Shown here one piece after another: positions 18,582-27,463 of a stretch of DNA of 64,000 nt. The stretch is from assembly GCA_965227295.1 (NCBI GenBank), contig OZ245742.1, positions 4,320,001 through 4,384,000 on the forward strand, written 5' to 3'. How positions within the stretch are numbered: the first letter of the stretch is position 1; each line of letters begins with the position of its first letter. Made by a program: the position numbers and the translations under genes. The notes under the pieces are model-generated. The model was not told where the DNA came from, did not search any database, and saw nothing but the letters and a program-made list of their open reading frames with translations. This DNA is from Leptonemataceae bacterium (GTDB lineage Bacteria > Spirochaetota > Leptospiria > Leptospirales > Leptonemataceae).

Positions 18582-20561
18582 ATGCGCCCGGCCGTTGCGA
18601 TCTTCCTTACCCTGGCTGCCGCTCACTGCACGGCGAACCCGACGCCCCCCACCGAAACCCGCATCTCCGAAGACAAACTTTATGTCATCTACGACTACAC
18701 CCGGCCTCCCGCCGCCGTAGAGATCACCGAGCTACCCGGCACCGCCGTGGTCCTCTGGAACGGTAGCACCCTGGCCACGATCCGCGACAGCCGTGATCCC
18801 CACACTCGCATCCCGCCGGCCATCGTCGAACTACCGGACGCCGAACCCGGCCGCCTGGAACTCCGCCTCAGTCATGTCCCCTCACCGCGACATGCCGGAG
18901 TCATCCTGCGTACCGGCAGTGCCGCAGAACTGCGTCAGCAGCACGCGAACCACCGGCTCGTCGACGGGGTGATCCTGGGCATCCTGCTTCTGGCCGGAAC
19001 GTTTAACATGTTATTATTAAGCGCGAATCCGCGGAATACATCCCACCTGTGGTTCGGTGTGCTGACCCTGCTGGCTGCCGGCATGCACGCTCGCCGGCAG
19101 CATCTCCTGGAAGCATTCGTCACTCCGCACCTGGGAGTGGCCCCGGAACAACTCGCGCAGTGGTTTTTCGCGTTGGAGATCTGGATGATCGCCGTCGCCC
19201 TGCCCGTGCTCTTATGCTCGTTCCTGTACGTACTCTTCCCGGGACTCGGCGCCGACCCGGGGCCGCGCAACAAGATCGGCACCCCGTATACCCGGCGCAT
19301 GCGCATCATCCTGGGACTCGTCCGCGGCTGCGCCGTGGTGTTGAGCGTGATTATTTTTGGCACGCCCCCGGGCGCATACGCGCCGTACCTGAACATTATC
19401 TTCTACGGTTATTCCACGCCGGTGATGATCCTGGCCGCGGTCCCCGTGTTGCTCGCTCTGCACAGGAAATATCGCGTGTCGTTGCTGGCCGCCGTGGGCG
19501 GCGGCGGCACGGCAATCGCCCTCATCGCCGACTACGGACTGATTCTGGACGGCCGGAGCCCGCTCTACGCCTCCGCCGGTGCGCTGGTCCTGGTCTTCTC
19601 CAGCATGGCGCTCATGCGGCCGCAGCGTTATCACATGCATCGCGAACTCAAGACCTCCCGCAGCACACTAAGAGACTCTAACAAGAAGTTAATGCTCGCC
19701 GACCGCCAGAAGAACCGCTACATCGTGGGCAGTGCCCGGGAGATGATCGCGCCGCTACAGGATATGCTGGCGCACTGTCTCGACATCGTCGGCGATCCGG
19801 CGTACCGGTTGCACTCCACGCAGCTTTCGGTGCTCTCTCACATGATGGATACGGCCAAACGCATGTTGCGGAGATTCCAGCGCATCCAGTTGCACTTCGG
19901 CGGCGACGGGGCGGACCGCCCGGCGAACTTTCAGACCGTGGACGCGGTATTCTTTCTGAACAGTCAGGCCATTGTCTTCGAAGAACGCCATCCGGAGCTG
20001 AATCTTCGCGTCCGCGTCCTGGATGATCCCGGTCGCCTGCACGCGGATCCGGAGTTGCTGGAAATCTGCCTGGCCGAACTGGTAGACAACGTCGCCGCCC
20101 ACGGCCGCGCCGGTACCGTGACCCTGGAAGCCGGTCGCCGGGGCAACGGACGCGCGTATCTTTGCGTGCACGAACGCGAATCCCGGCTGAACGTCGACGA
20201 AGCCGCGGAGCTGATCGAAGAGTTTCGCACGGGGGCCAGGGCGGACAGCGAACGCATCGGCCTCGGCTTCTCGCTCGTGCGGCGCATTGCCGAGATTCAC
20301 GGCTCGGATTTTACGATCCGCCGCGACGAAAACGAGGACGGACTGCGTTACGAGATTACGGTACCGCTGGTACCGGCAGCATCGACGGATCAACCACCGA
20401 CAGACGTGAGTTCACTCCGGCACATCCAGTTTCTCGGCGAGATCGGTTTTGATCGCCAGGCGCGGCAGGAGGCGAAGGCACTCCTGCGACGCGAGCCGGC
20501 CATGCGGGCCATGGTGGACGCGGCGCTCAAAAACGATGCGCGTCCGCGCTCAAAATCTTAG
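18582..20561 (+). CDS. 7TM-DISM-type membrane sensor with a degenerate histidine-kinase module
   Basis: Signal peptide, about 7 TM helices, coiled coil, HATPase-like ELVDNV...IGLGFSLVRRIAEIHG; the H-box lacks His. Confidence 0.78.
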   Translation: MRPAVAIFLTLAAAHCTANPTPPTETRISEDKLYVIYDYTRPPAAVEITELPGTAVVLWNGSTLATIRDSRDPHTRIPPAIVELPDAEPGRLELRLSHVPSPRHAGVILRTGSAAELRQQHANHRLVDGVILGILLLAGTFNMLLLSANPRNTSHLWFGVLTLLAAGMHARRQHLLEAFVTPHLGVAPEQLAQWFFALEIWMIAVALPVLLCSFLYVLFPGLGADPGPRNKIGTPYTRRMRIILGLVRGCAVVLSVIIFGTPPGAYAPYLNIIFYGYSTPVMILAAVPVLLALHRKYRVSLLAAVGGGGTAIALIADYGLILDGRSPLYASAGALVLVFSSMALMRPQRYHMHRELKTSRSTLRDSNKKLMLADRQKNRYIVGSAREMIAPLQDMLAHCLDIVGDPAYRLHSTQLSVLSHMMDTAKRMLRRFQRIQLHFGGDGADRPANFQTVDAVFFLNSQAIVFEERHPELNLRVRVLDDPGRLHADPELLEICLAELVDNVAAHGRAGTVTLEAGRRGNGRAYLCVHERESRLNVDEAAELIEEFRTGARADSERIGLGFSLVRRIAEIHGSDFTIRRDENEDGLRYEITVPLVPAASTDQPPTDVSSLRHIQFLGEIGFDRQARQEAKALLRREPAMRAMVDAALKNDARPRSKS

Positions 20562-21221
20562 GACGTCGCCGAAGCCGCGCAGTTTTCGAAACCACTCCGC
20601 GGCAATCGCATCCATCTCGATCTTCTCGTCGATGTCCTCGTCGTTGAGTTTCGGCTGGGGCAATGAATCGAAGAGCTTGCGCACGATCGAATAAAAACCC
20701 GCGACGTACGGCCGCGTCTCCGCTCCGTAGCGGTTGGCGTAGTTCGCAATGGTCTTTTCGAGATCATCGTCTTTCACGTCATACTCGTTCTCGGCGACGG
20801 CCTCCCACACCAGCGTACCGTTTTCGCAGTCGTTCAGCTTCGCCTGAATGCGCACTTCCAGTTCGTCCGCGCCCAGGCGCAGATTTTCAAACGTGCTCGC
20901 GACGATGCCGTGGGGTAACTTGCCGTTCGCCTTCCTCTGGCACAACTCTTCGAAACCGTTCGGGTCCTGAATGACTTTCGTATCGAGGATGATGTACTCG
21001 TTGTGATGCGAAACGAACTCGCGCACGACGCCCAGATAGAGTTCCATCACGTCCTTGCCCGCCGTCGGCGGTTCCGAAACCGCGAGCACCACCCGCTTCA
21101 AACGATTGCGTTCGTCCTGGGCGTAACCCGGTTTCGTATACGTATGCTTCACGGTACACGCGCTCATCATCACGGCGACCAGGGCCGTAGCGCCGATACG
21201 CAGGGTCGTAGACGTTTTCAT
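20550..21221 (-). CDS. Lipoprotein (MXAN_6521/LA_1396-like family)
   Basis: Lipobox MSAC, FVSHHNEYII; last gene of the MlaC-MMPL operon. Family name is from recall. Confidence 0.72.
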   Translation of the reverse strand: MKTSTTLRIGATALVAVMMSACTVKHTYTKPGYAQDERNRLKRVVLAVSEPPTAGKDVMELYLGVVREFVSHHNEYIILDTKVIQDPNGFEELCQRKANGKLPHGIVASTFENLRLGADELEVRIQAKLNDCENGTLVWEAVAENEYDVKDDDLEKTIANYANRYGAETRPYVAGFYSIVRKLFDSLPQPKLNDEDIDEKIEMDAIAAEWFRKLRGFGDVLRF

Positions 21222-24085
21222 TGGGAACCTCCGGGGGCTGAGATCAGTTCGATGCCGTGCTTCGCGCGCATTGTGTCGAAGACCTGCGGACGCTTTTCGC
21301 TGAGGAACGCCAGGATTGCCGGGAAGAGCACCAGGGTTGCAGACATCATCGAAAGCAAACCGACGCAGGCCAGGATGCCCATGCTTTCCAGGCCGGGGTG
21401 ATCGGCCATGGCCAGGGCCCCCCAGCCGGCCACCGACGTAAGCGAGGACGCGAGCGCCGCCTGGCCGGTGTGATACAACGTGTGATAGATCGAACCGTTC
21501 TCCAGGTAACGATAAAAAACGAAGATGCCGTTGTTGATGCCGTAGCCGACGACGATGGGCAGCACCATAACATTAAAATAGTTCACCTTAACGCCCAGTA
21601 GCACCATCAGCGCCGCCATGATCACGGCGCCGGCAATGAGCGGCACAAGGGCGAGCACCGACGACAGCACGTTCCGAAACGTGATGAACAGGATCAGGAG
21701 AACCAGGACGAACGTACTGATCACGAGGTTGCGCGATTCTTTCAGGATGATGTACGTAAATTTCGCAACGATCACCACGGAGCCCGTGCCGATGGCGCTC
21801 AGCCTATGCGATTGCAGGTCGGCGACGCTTTCGAACGGACGTTCTTTCAGGATCGTCCGCACGGCCAGGTCGCTCAGGCCGGTGCGCTGCAGTTCTTTTT
21901 CCGTTGCGCGGTTCGCTATGTCCAGCAGGCCGTTGATGTCGCGTTCGGAAAGTTCCACGCCGCGAGTTCCGGGCACCTCTTCGACTTTCCGCGAGCCGCT
22001 AATGCGCGTCCGGCGCAGGCGCTCCCATTCCGGAACGAAGTAGGCCAGGTCTTTCAGACTGTGCCGGCCGACGATGGGATACTCGAAGTCGCCGATCAAC
22101 TGATCCAGGCGCGCCACGCCCTCCTGGCGGTACAATTGCGAGACCTCGGGGTAGACGAAGGTCAGCCAGCCCTCGTACTTACTTTCCGGAATGCTCCGGA
22201 ACTGGTACTTGATGTCCTCGGGCAGATCCTCGAACGTAAACGGACGCTGGGCCACGACGCGCTGGTACTGCCCCCAGTACTGTTGGTACTGCTGCGGAAT
22301 GAGCGAACGTTTCACGATCTCGCTTTCGCGTCGGAATCTTTGAATGAGCCTGTAGTTCTCGCGCTGTTGATGCACCGGCGGCACGAACTGATAGACAGAC
22401 ACCACCTGGGCAACACTCTGATCCAGTTCTTCCGTCAACGGATCGAAGAACTCCCAGAGCGCCCGGGCTTCGTCTTTCGTTTCCACGGCGATGGCCACCG
22501 GCGATCCGATCAAATCGTAACGCAGCGCGATCTCGTCCTGCAGCCGCTCGGACGGGATGTCGTAGTCGAGCATGTTACGAACGTCGTTGTCCCACTCTAC
22601 TCGCGGCGCGATGATCGCCGCGGCGATGACGAGCAACGCCGAGGCGATGAGCACCCCGCGCGTGACCAGCGGGAAGTTGATGCGATGTTCCAGGCCGTCC
22701 TCGAAGCTGTGATCGCGGTCGGACTTCGCGTACTTGTTCAGGATGTTCGGAAAGATGCGAACGATGACGGCGAGAATCAGCGGCGTCAAAAAGAACATGC
22801 AGAGCGCCGTGGTGATGATGCCGTAGGCGGAGATGATGCCGAAGTCGGAAAAGCCGCGGAACTCGGAGAGAATCAGCGAAATGAACGCCGCCGTCGTCGT
22901 CATGGCGGAGTAGATCGCCGCGCGGCCGGTGTGCAGGATGGACTCTTTCACCGCCGGGATAAAGTCCGGGTTCGCCGAGTATTCCTCGCGGAAGCGGTAA
23001 ATCAGATGTATGCCGAAGTCGATGCCCAGGCCGGCCAGAATACCGCCGAACATGGACGTGATTAAGTTTAGCTCACCAACAGTTAAGTACGTGATGCCGA
23101 AAGTAAGGACGATGGCGTAGATGAGCGCGATGAGCATCGACGCGATGAGCGTGATGCGGCGAATGAACAGCAACAACACAAAGGCGATGCCCACGAGGGC
23201 GTAGATCAACGTCGGCTGGATGCTCTCCTGGATGGAGTCGTAGGCGTCGGCGTAGAGCACGTAGCCGCCGGTGAAACCCACCTCGATGCCGCGTTGTTCG
23301 AACTTCTTTTCTTTCGCGATGGCGCGGATCTTTTTAACGAAGGCCTGGGTCTTGTCGATCTCCTGGAGCGAAAACCAGGGCTTGCAGATCATCGTGACCA
23401 TTTTACGGTCGGGAGAGACGTAGTAGTCGTCGGTGATCTCTTTGCGACCCACCACGCGATACTTGTTAATGAGATCGTTTAAGTTAAGGCTGTACTGCGG
23501 CTGTCCGAGGTCGATGAAGAACGGCGACGCGCGTTCCACCATATCGTCGCGCTTCTTCGAAACGCGGCGCAGGCCTTCCCGGAGGTCCGGCGTCTTCACG
23601 TAAAAGAGAATGCGTTCCAGAACCGAGGAAAGATCCACCTTATGCTGGATGAACCGCACCTCTTCCAGTTCGCGAAGTTCGGCCACCATCTCGTCGACGG
23701 CGGTCTTGAGTTTCGTGACGTCCTTCGCGTTTTCCTGCTGGAGGTTATCGTAGATCTCGTTCGCTTCTTTAATGAGTTCGTCCGCCTCGGCGTCCTTGCT
23801 CTTGCGTTTGAGATCGAGGGCCCGGTAAAAAATCTCATCGCCCTCGTCGCGTTCCTGCATGCGAAATGCCAGGATCACGAAGCCGGCCCCGCCGATCATG
23901 TTCTCGACCTTGCGGGCCTCCTCGACCTGGGGCAGATCCGGAGGCAGTGTGTCGAGCTGGTTCGAATTGATGGACAGACGCGACGCGAAGAACGCACCGA
24001 CGGCGAAGACCACGAGCGCGACGGCCGCGCTCGTGAACGGACGGGATAGGTAAAAATCGCAGAAACGAGAGACGAGTTCGCGCAT
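21218..24085 (-). CDS. MMPL/RND-family lipid transporter
   Basis: Two TM bundles with GLGIDFGIH and GYGINNGIF motifs, separated by large periplasmic loops. Confidence 0.92.
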   Translation of the reverse strand: MRELVSRFCDFYLSRPFTSAAVALVVFAVGAFFASRLSINSNQLDTLPPDLPQVEEARKVENMIGGAGFVILAFRMQERDEGDEIFYRALDLKRKSKDAEADELIKEANEIYDNLQQENAKDVTKLKTAVDEMVAELRELEEVRFIQHKVDLSSVLERILFYVKTPDLREGLRRVSKKRDDMVERASPFFIDLGQPQYSLNLNDLINKYRVVGRKEITDDYYVSPDRKMVTMICKPWFSLQEIDKTQAFVKKIRAIAKEKKFEQRGIEVGFTGGYVLYADAYDSIQESIQPTLIYALVGIAFVLLLFIRRITLIASMLIALIYAIVLTFGITYLTVGELNLITSMFGGILAGLGIDFGIHLIYRFREEYSANPDFIPAVKESILHTGRAAIYSAMTTTAAFISLILSEFRGFSDFGIISAYGIITTALCMFFLTPLILAVIVRIFPNILNKYAKSDRDHSFEDGLEHRINFPLVTRGVLIASALLVIAAAIIAPRVEWDNDVRNMLDYDIPSERLQDEIALRYDLIGSPVAIAVETKDEARALWEFFDPLTEELDQSVAQVVSVYQFVPPVHQQRENYRLIQRFRRESEIVKRSLIPQQYQQYWGQYQRVVAQRPFTFEDLPEDIKYQFRSIPESKYEGWLTFVYPEVSQLYRQEGVARLDQLIGDFEYPIVGRHSLKDLAYFVPEWERLRRTRISGSRKVEEVPGTRGVELSERDINGLLDIANRATEKELQRTGLSDLAVRTILKERPFESVADLQSHRLSAIGTGSVVIVAKFTYIILKESRNLVISTFVLVLLILFITFRNVLSSVLALVPLIAGAVIMAALMVLLGVKVNYFNVMVLPIVVGYGINNGIFVFYRYLENGSIYHTLYHTGQAALASSLTSVAGWGALAMADHPGLESMGILACVGLLSMMSATLVLFPAILAFLSEKRPQVFDTMRAKHGIELISAPGGSQ

Positions 24086-24094
24086 GCGGCGTGT

Positions 24095-24670
24095 TTACCG
24101 GTCGCGCAACTTCGCGACGACTTTTTCCAACTGCGCGATGAGGCCGTCCACGCCGCTCTTCTTCAGCACCGGCTGGACCTGCTTATCGCGGCTGGCTTTC
24201 ATGGAAGAAACACCGCGCTCATCGAGGAAGTCGGTGACGACCCACTCGCCGTCCACTTCAGTAAGGACCCAGGTAAAGACTACGCGCTCGGAGCCGGCGT
24301 AGAGCAGCGTCGAGCGAATGTGCACGTCGTTGCCCTGTTCTTTGGGCTCATCGTAAGCGAGGTCGATGTCCTTGAAGTACTTCAGGGCCAGGGGGAAAGC
24401 CTGGAGTTCGATATACTCGCCCATGAGCGCCGAGACGCGGTCTTTTTGCTCCGGCGTCGCTTTACTATAGTAAGAACCCATCAGAAATTCCGAGATGGCT
24501 TCCAGGCCGACCTGTTCGAGGGCCTTATCGTTCTTTTCGTAGCGGATGAAGCCGACCAGCTTCTTCACGGATGTGAGGGCGGCGGAACCGTCGGCGGCCA
24601 GGGGCGTGCCGGCGAGCAGCGTGAGGATGATCAGAATGGCGGTGATGCGAATGCGTTGCATGAGGTACAT
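24095..24670 (-). CDS. MlaC/Ttg2D(HpnM)-like periplasmic lipid-binding protein
   Basis: Signal peptide; C-terminal WVVTDFLDERGVS...GVDGLIAQL pattern typical of MlaC. Confidence 0.75.
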   Translation of the reverse strand: MYLMQRIRITAILIILTLLAGTPLAADGSAALTSVKKLVGFIRYEKNDKALEQVGLEAISEFLMGSYYSKATPEQKDRVSALMGEYIELQAFPLALKYFKDIDLAYDEPKEQGNDVHIRSTLLYAGSERVVFTWVLTEVDGEWVVTDFLDERGVSSMKASRDKQVQPVLKKSGVDGLIAQLEKVVAKLRDR

Positions 24671-24811
24671 GTTTCCAGCTCCGGAGTTTTTTCTCTATTA
24701 ATAGACCGCCCGGATCGGTCAGGGTTCAGGATTTTTCGCACAGCAGCCGGTTGCAACCTTTTCTGCATCGCCCGCCAGACCGAGATTATTAGTAGAAGGT
24801 TAAAATTACCG

Positions 24812-25876
24812 ATGATTCGACGCGCAGCAACTGTCCTTTTCGTACTCACCTGTTTCTCTTCGATTCACTCCGAGGAGGCCGCCGACCCGGCCGGTGAATG
24901 CAAGGCCTATCTCTACATCGCCCAAAACGCGACGATTGCCGTGGAACGCGAGTACGCCCTGGCGGCCCTGGGCGAATGCCCGTCGTCCTCCGGGGCCGCA
25001 CGCATCCTCGAAGCGGCCATCCGGAGCGACGACGCGGGCTCCCGACGCGCGGCCTTCGGCTCTCTGGGGCGGCACCTCGACGCCATGAGCCCGGCTTTCC
25101 TCACGGAACTCTATCACGTCCCGGACGGCGGCCCCGCGAAGACCGAGGCGGAACTCTACTACGAGTACCTGTCACGCGTCGCCGCGCCGGCTTATTCCGA
25201 GGGCCTGGCACCGATCCTGGTCCGCGGCCTCTTTCACAAGAACGTGCAGGTCCGCCGGTACGCGCTCATCGGCCTCGGCCGCCTGGAGCAACGTGAGCAC
25301 TGGCCGCACGTCCGCGACATGCTGGACCGCGATCCGGCCGTCACCGCCGCCGCCCTCACCGCGGCGCGGCGGATCGGCCATCCGGAATCATTAACATACG
25401 CTCTCCGATACTTAAAAGACGAGGCCGTGCAGGCGCCCGTCGAAGCCGCGGCGATCGAACTGCTTGCGAAACTCGGCGGCCCCACGGCCCGGGAAAGTTT
25501 GATGATCCACTCGCTCCGCCGGCCGGACGGCGAGAACGCAAGACTCATTCGCCGGCGCATCCAGGAACTGCACGATCCGAAGATCGTCGCGGCCTACACG
25601 GACGGCCCGGCCATGCTGCACGCAGAACCCACGGAGCGCGCACGCATCAAAGGCGTGGTCGAACGTTATACGATTCTTTACATCGAAGAAGCGACGGACA
25701 AAGAGTACCGCATCGAACGCGAGCGCGGGGAAACCATGGCATCGAACTGGCTGTGGGTGCGCACGAGCAACGGGCTGACCGGCTGGGTCCATGAGTCATC
25801 GGTACGCAGGTATCCCATCGCGTCGGCCGCAGATAAAGCCACCACCGGATCGCCGGAGACACGGGACGCAGAGTGA
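24812..25876 (+). CDS. Exported HEAT-repeat protein with C-terminal SH3-like domain
   Basis: Signal peptide MIRRAATVLF; HEAT-like VRRYALIGLGRL repeats; WLWVRTSNGLTGWV SH3b-like ending. Confidence 0.75.
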   Translation: MIRRAATVLFVLTCFSSIHSEEAADPAGECKAYLYIAQNATIAVEREYALAALGECPSSSGAARILEAAIRSDDAGSRRAAFGSLGRHLDAMSPAFLTELYHVPDGGPAKTEAELYYEYLSRVAAPAYSEGLAPILVRGLFHKNVQVRRYALIGLGRLEQREHWPHVRDMLDRDPAVTAAALTAARRIGHPESLTYALRYLKDEAVQAPVEAAAIELLAKLGGPTARESLMIHSLRRPDGENARLIRRRIQELHDPKIVAAYTDGPAMLHAEPTERARIKGVVERYTILYIEEATDKEYRIERERGETMASNWLWVRTSNGLTGWVHESSVRRYPIASAADKATTGSPETRDAE

Positions 25877-26583
25877 AGGCCAGCGCCCGGGTGGAGATCC
25901 AGGATGGTCTCGGGATTCTCGATATTTCCGAAGGCATCTTCGAAAGCGCCCTGCTCTGCAACGGCAAGGTCGCCGCGGTCTGCTGGCCGGACTTCCAGGG
26001 TTCCGTTGCCGAATACCTCAAGATCGCCGGAATCCCGGAAGCGCAGCGCCGGGAATTCCTGGCGGAGGTCCGCACGACGGTGGAACGCGAAGTCCGTGAG
26101 TACAATCTACTCGAACTGGCCTGGCCGTTTCTGCGGCTGTTCACGAACGGCACGTATCGCATCGCTTGCGAGGAATTGGAACGCGGCCAGGACGAAATCT
26201 ACTACGACGACAACATCCGCTCGGGCATGGATGGCTTCTATCCCCTCGAGGGATTCAATATCCTCAGCACACAATCGCGGGGCGTCATCCGGAACGATCG
26301 TGTCGAATTCTACAAACAAAGCATTGCCGACGGCGCGAAACCGTTCGTCGTCATCGCCGATCAATACTGTCCGGAACTCGAGCAGCAATCCCACGCGTTC
26401 TTGATCGACGGCCATCACAAGGCGCTGGCGTACACCGCCCTGCAACGTAACATCCCCGCGCTGATCCTTACGAGAATCGCCGCGCGCGATCAGCTACGCT
26501 GCCTGCCGGCGCAGATTCTCGAAGAAACGTTGAGCCCCGAGCAGATGAAACATTTGCGCAAGCACCGCAAGATCGATCGCTGA
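25873..26583 (+). CDS. Hypothetical protein with ParB/Srx-like motif
   Basis: FLIDGHHKALAY motif near the C-terminus; GTG start overlaps the upstream stop. Confidence 0.7.
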   Translation: MKASARVEIQDGLGILDISEGIFESALLCNGKVAAVCWPDFQGSVAEYLKIAGIPEAQRREFLAEVRTTVEREVREYNLLELAWPFLRLFTNGTYRIACEELERGQDEIYYDDNIRSGMDGFYPLEGFNILSTQSRGVIRNDRVEFYKQSIADGAKPFVVIADQYCPELEQQSHAFLIDGHHKALAYTALQRNIPALILTRIAARDQLRCLPAQILEETLSPEQMKHLRKHRKIDR

Positions 26584-26602
26584 TCCGGCGCCGTGTGTAA
26601 AC

Positions 26603-27022
26603 TCAGGCCGACGTCGATTTCGGGCGCGCTTCGAGCACTTCCACTTCCACCGCGCGCGACATGGTATTGTGATCCCAGGCGGCCGGCTGCCAGTTCGCGC
26701 CGTTCTCGCTGCGATAGACGGCAAGGCTTTGCATCGGCCCACCGACATTCCACTCGGCATCGCTGTGACTGCACACAACAATCGCAAGGCCGGCGTCACC
26801 AGGCAACTCCAGCAGGCGCGCCGACTGAACCTCGCAACATTCCCAGGCGTCATAGAACGGCCGGCGATCGTACTCTTCTAACGCGGCCACGGCAACCCAC
26901 TGTCCCTCGTGATGATAGTACAGCTGCAGGGTGCCATCGACTTCGCCACGCCCGCCGGTAAACGCGCCAACGGACGGGCCAGATGCAAAACTGAGTTTGT
27001 TGCCGGTAACCTGCACGGACAC
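26603..27022 (-). CDS. Hypothetical protein (uncertain, possibly a fragment)
   Basis: 139-aa ORF from GTG that fills the gap; no motif and no clear RBS. Confidence 0.4.
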   Translation of the reverse strand: MSVQVTGNKLSFASGPSVGAFTGGRGEVDGTLQLYYHHEGQWVAVAALEEYDRRPFYDAWECCEVQSARLLELPGDAGLAIVVCSHSDAEWNVGGPMQSLAVYRSENGANWQPAAWDHNTMSRAVEVEVLEARPKSTSA

Positions 27023-27142
27023 ACTTCGCCCACCCCCGAGGGTGGCTCTTCTCTGGTGGAGGGATGATATAAATGATCTGTTCTGGCGGCGGCGCGGCCC
27101 GAACTCCGTCCCGTTTATCAGAAATCCTGCCGGGAGTCCACC

Positions 27143-27170
27143 GAAAATGTCACACCCTTGTAGTATGATG
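27143..27170 (+). promoter_or_regulatory. Promoter motif TGTCAC-N10-TATGAT (PafBC/RecA-NDp-like), copy 1
   Basis: GAAAATGTCACACCCTTGTAGTATGATG; 24/28 identical to the element upstream of recA. Confidence 0.65.
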
Positions 27171-27172
27171 TA

Positions 27173-27309
27173 CCCTGGGAGACTTTAGCCCATTCAGCCG
27201 CCGTTTCGAGGCCGAGCCGCCACGATTTGCGGAAATCCGGACCGGCATGCTCATTCGTGAGGAGCGGTTCCAGGGCGGCCGGTCCCCGCGGGGACCGAGG
27301 GATCCTCAC
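27173..27309 (+). ncRNA. Candidate structured RNA or leader downstream of the motif promoter
   Basis: CCCTGGGA/TTCCAGGG closing stem, TTCG-loop hairpins, GATTT-GCGG-AAATC hairpin, 18-bp palindrome at 27280-27297; no family recognised. Confidence 0.3.
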
Positions 27310-27463
27310 CGGGCAAAGACTGCACTAACATAATCTAACTGCCTGTCAGCGATAATGTCTACTGTCATGTACTTAACATTTTCCCCGAGACCGAATAATT
27401 CCTTGCGGCAGTTTTTCGCACCGGGCAGAACGGATTTGATTCGAACATTAAGAGGCAGGTGCC

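Noticed and set aside
24320..24811. N-terminal extension of the HEAT-repeat ORF
   Set aside because: It is antisense to the MlaC-like gene; a signal peptide begins at ATG 24812.
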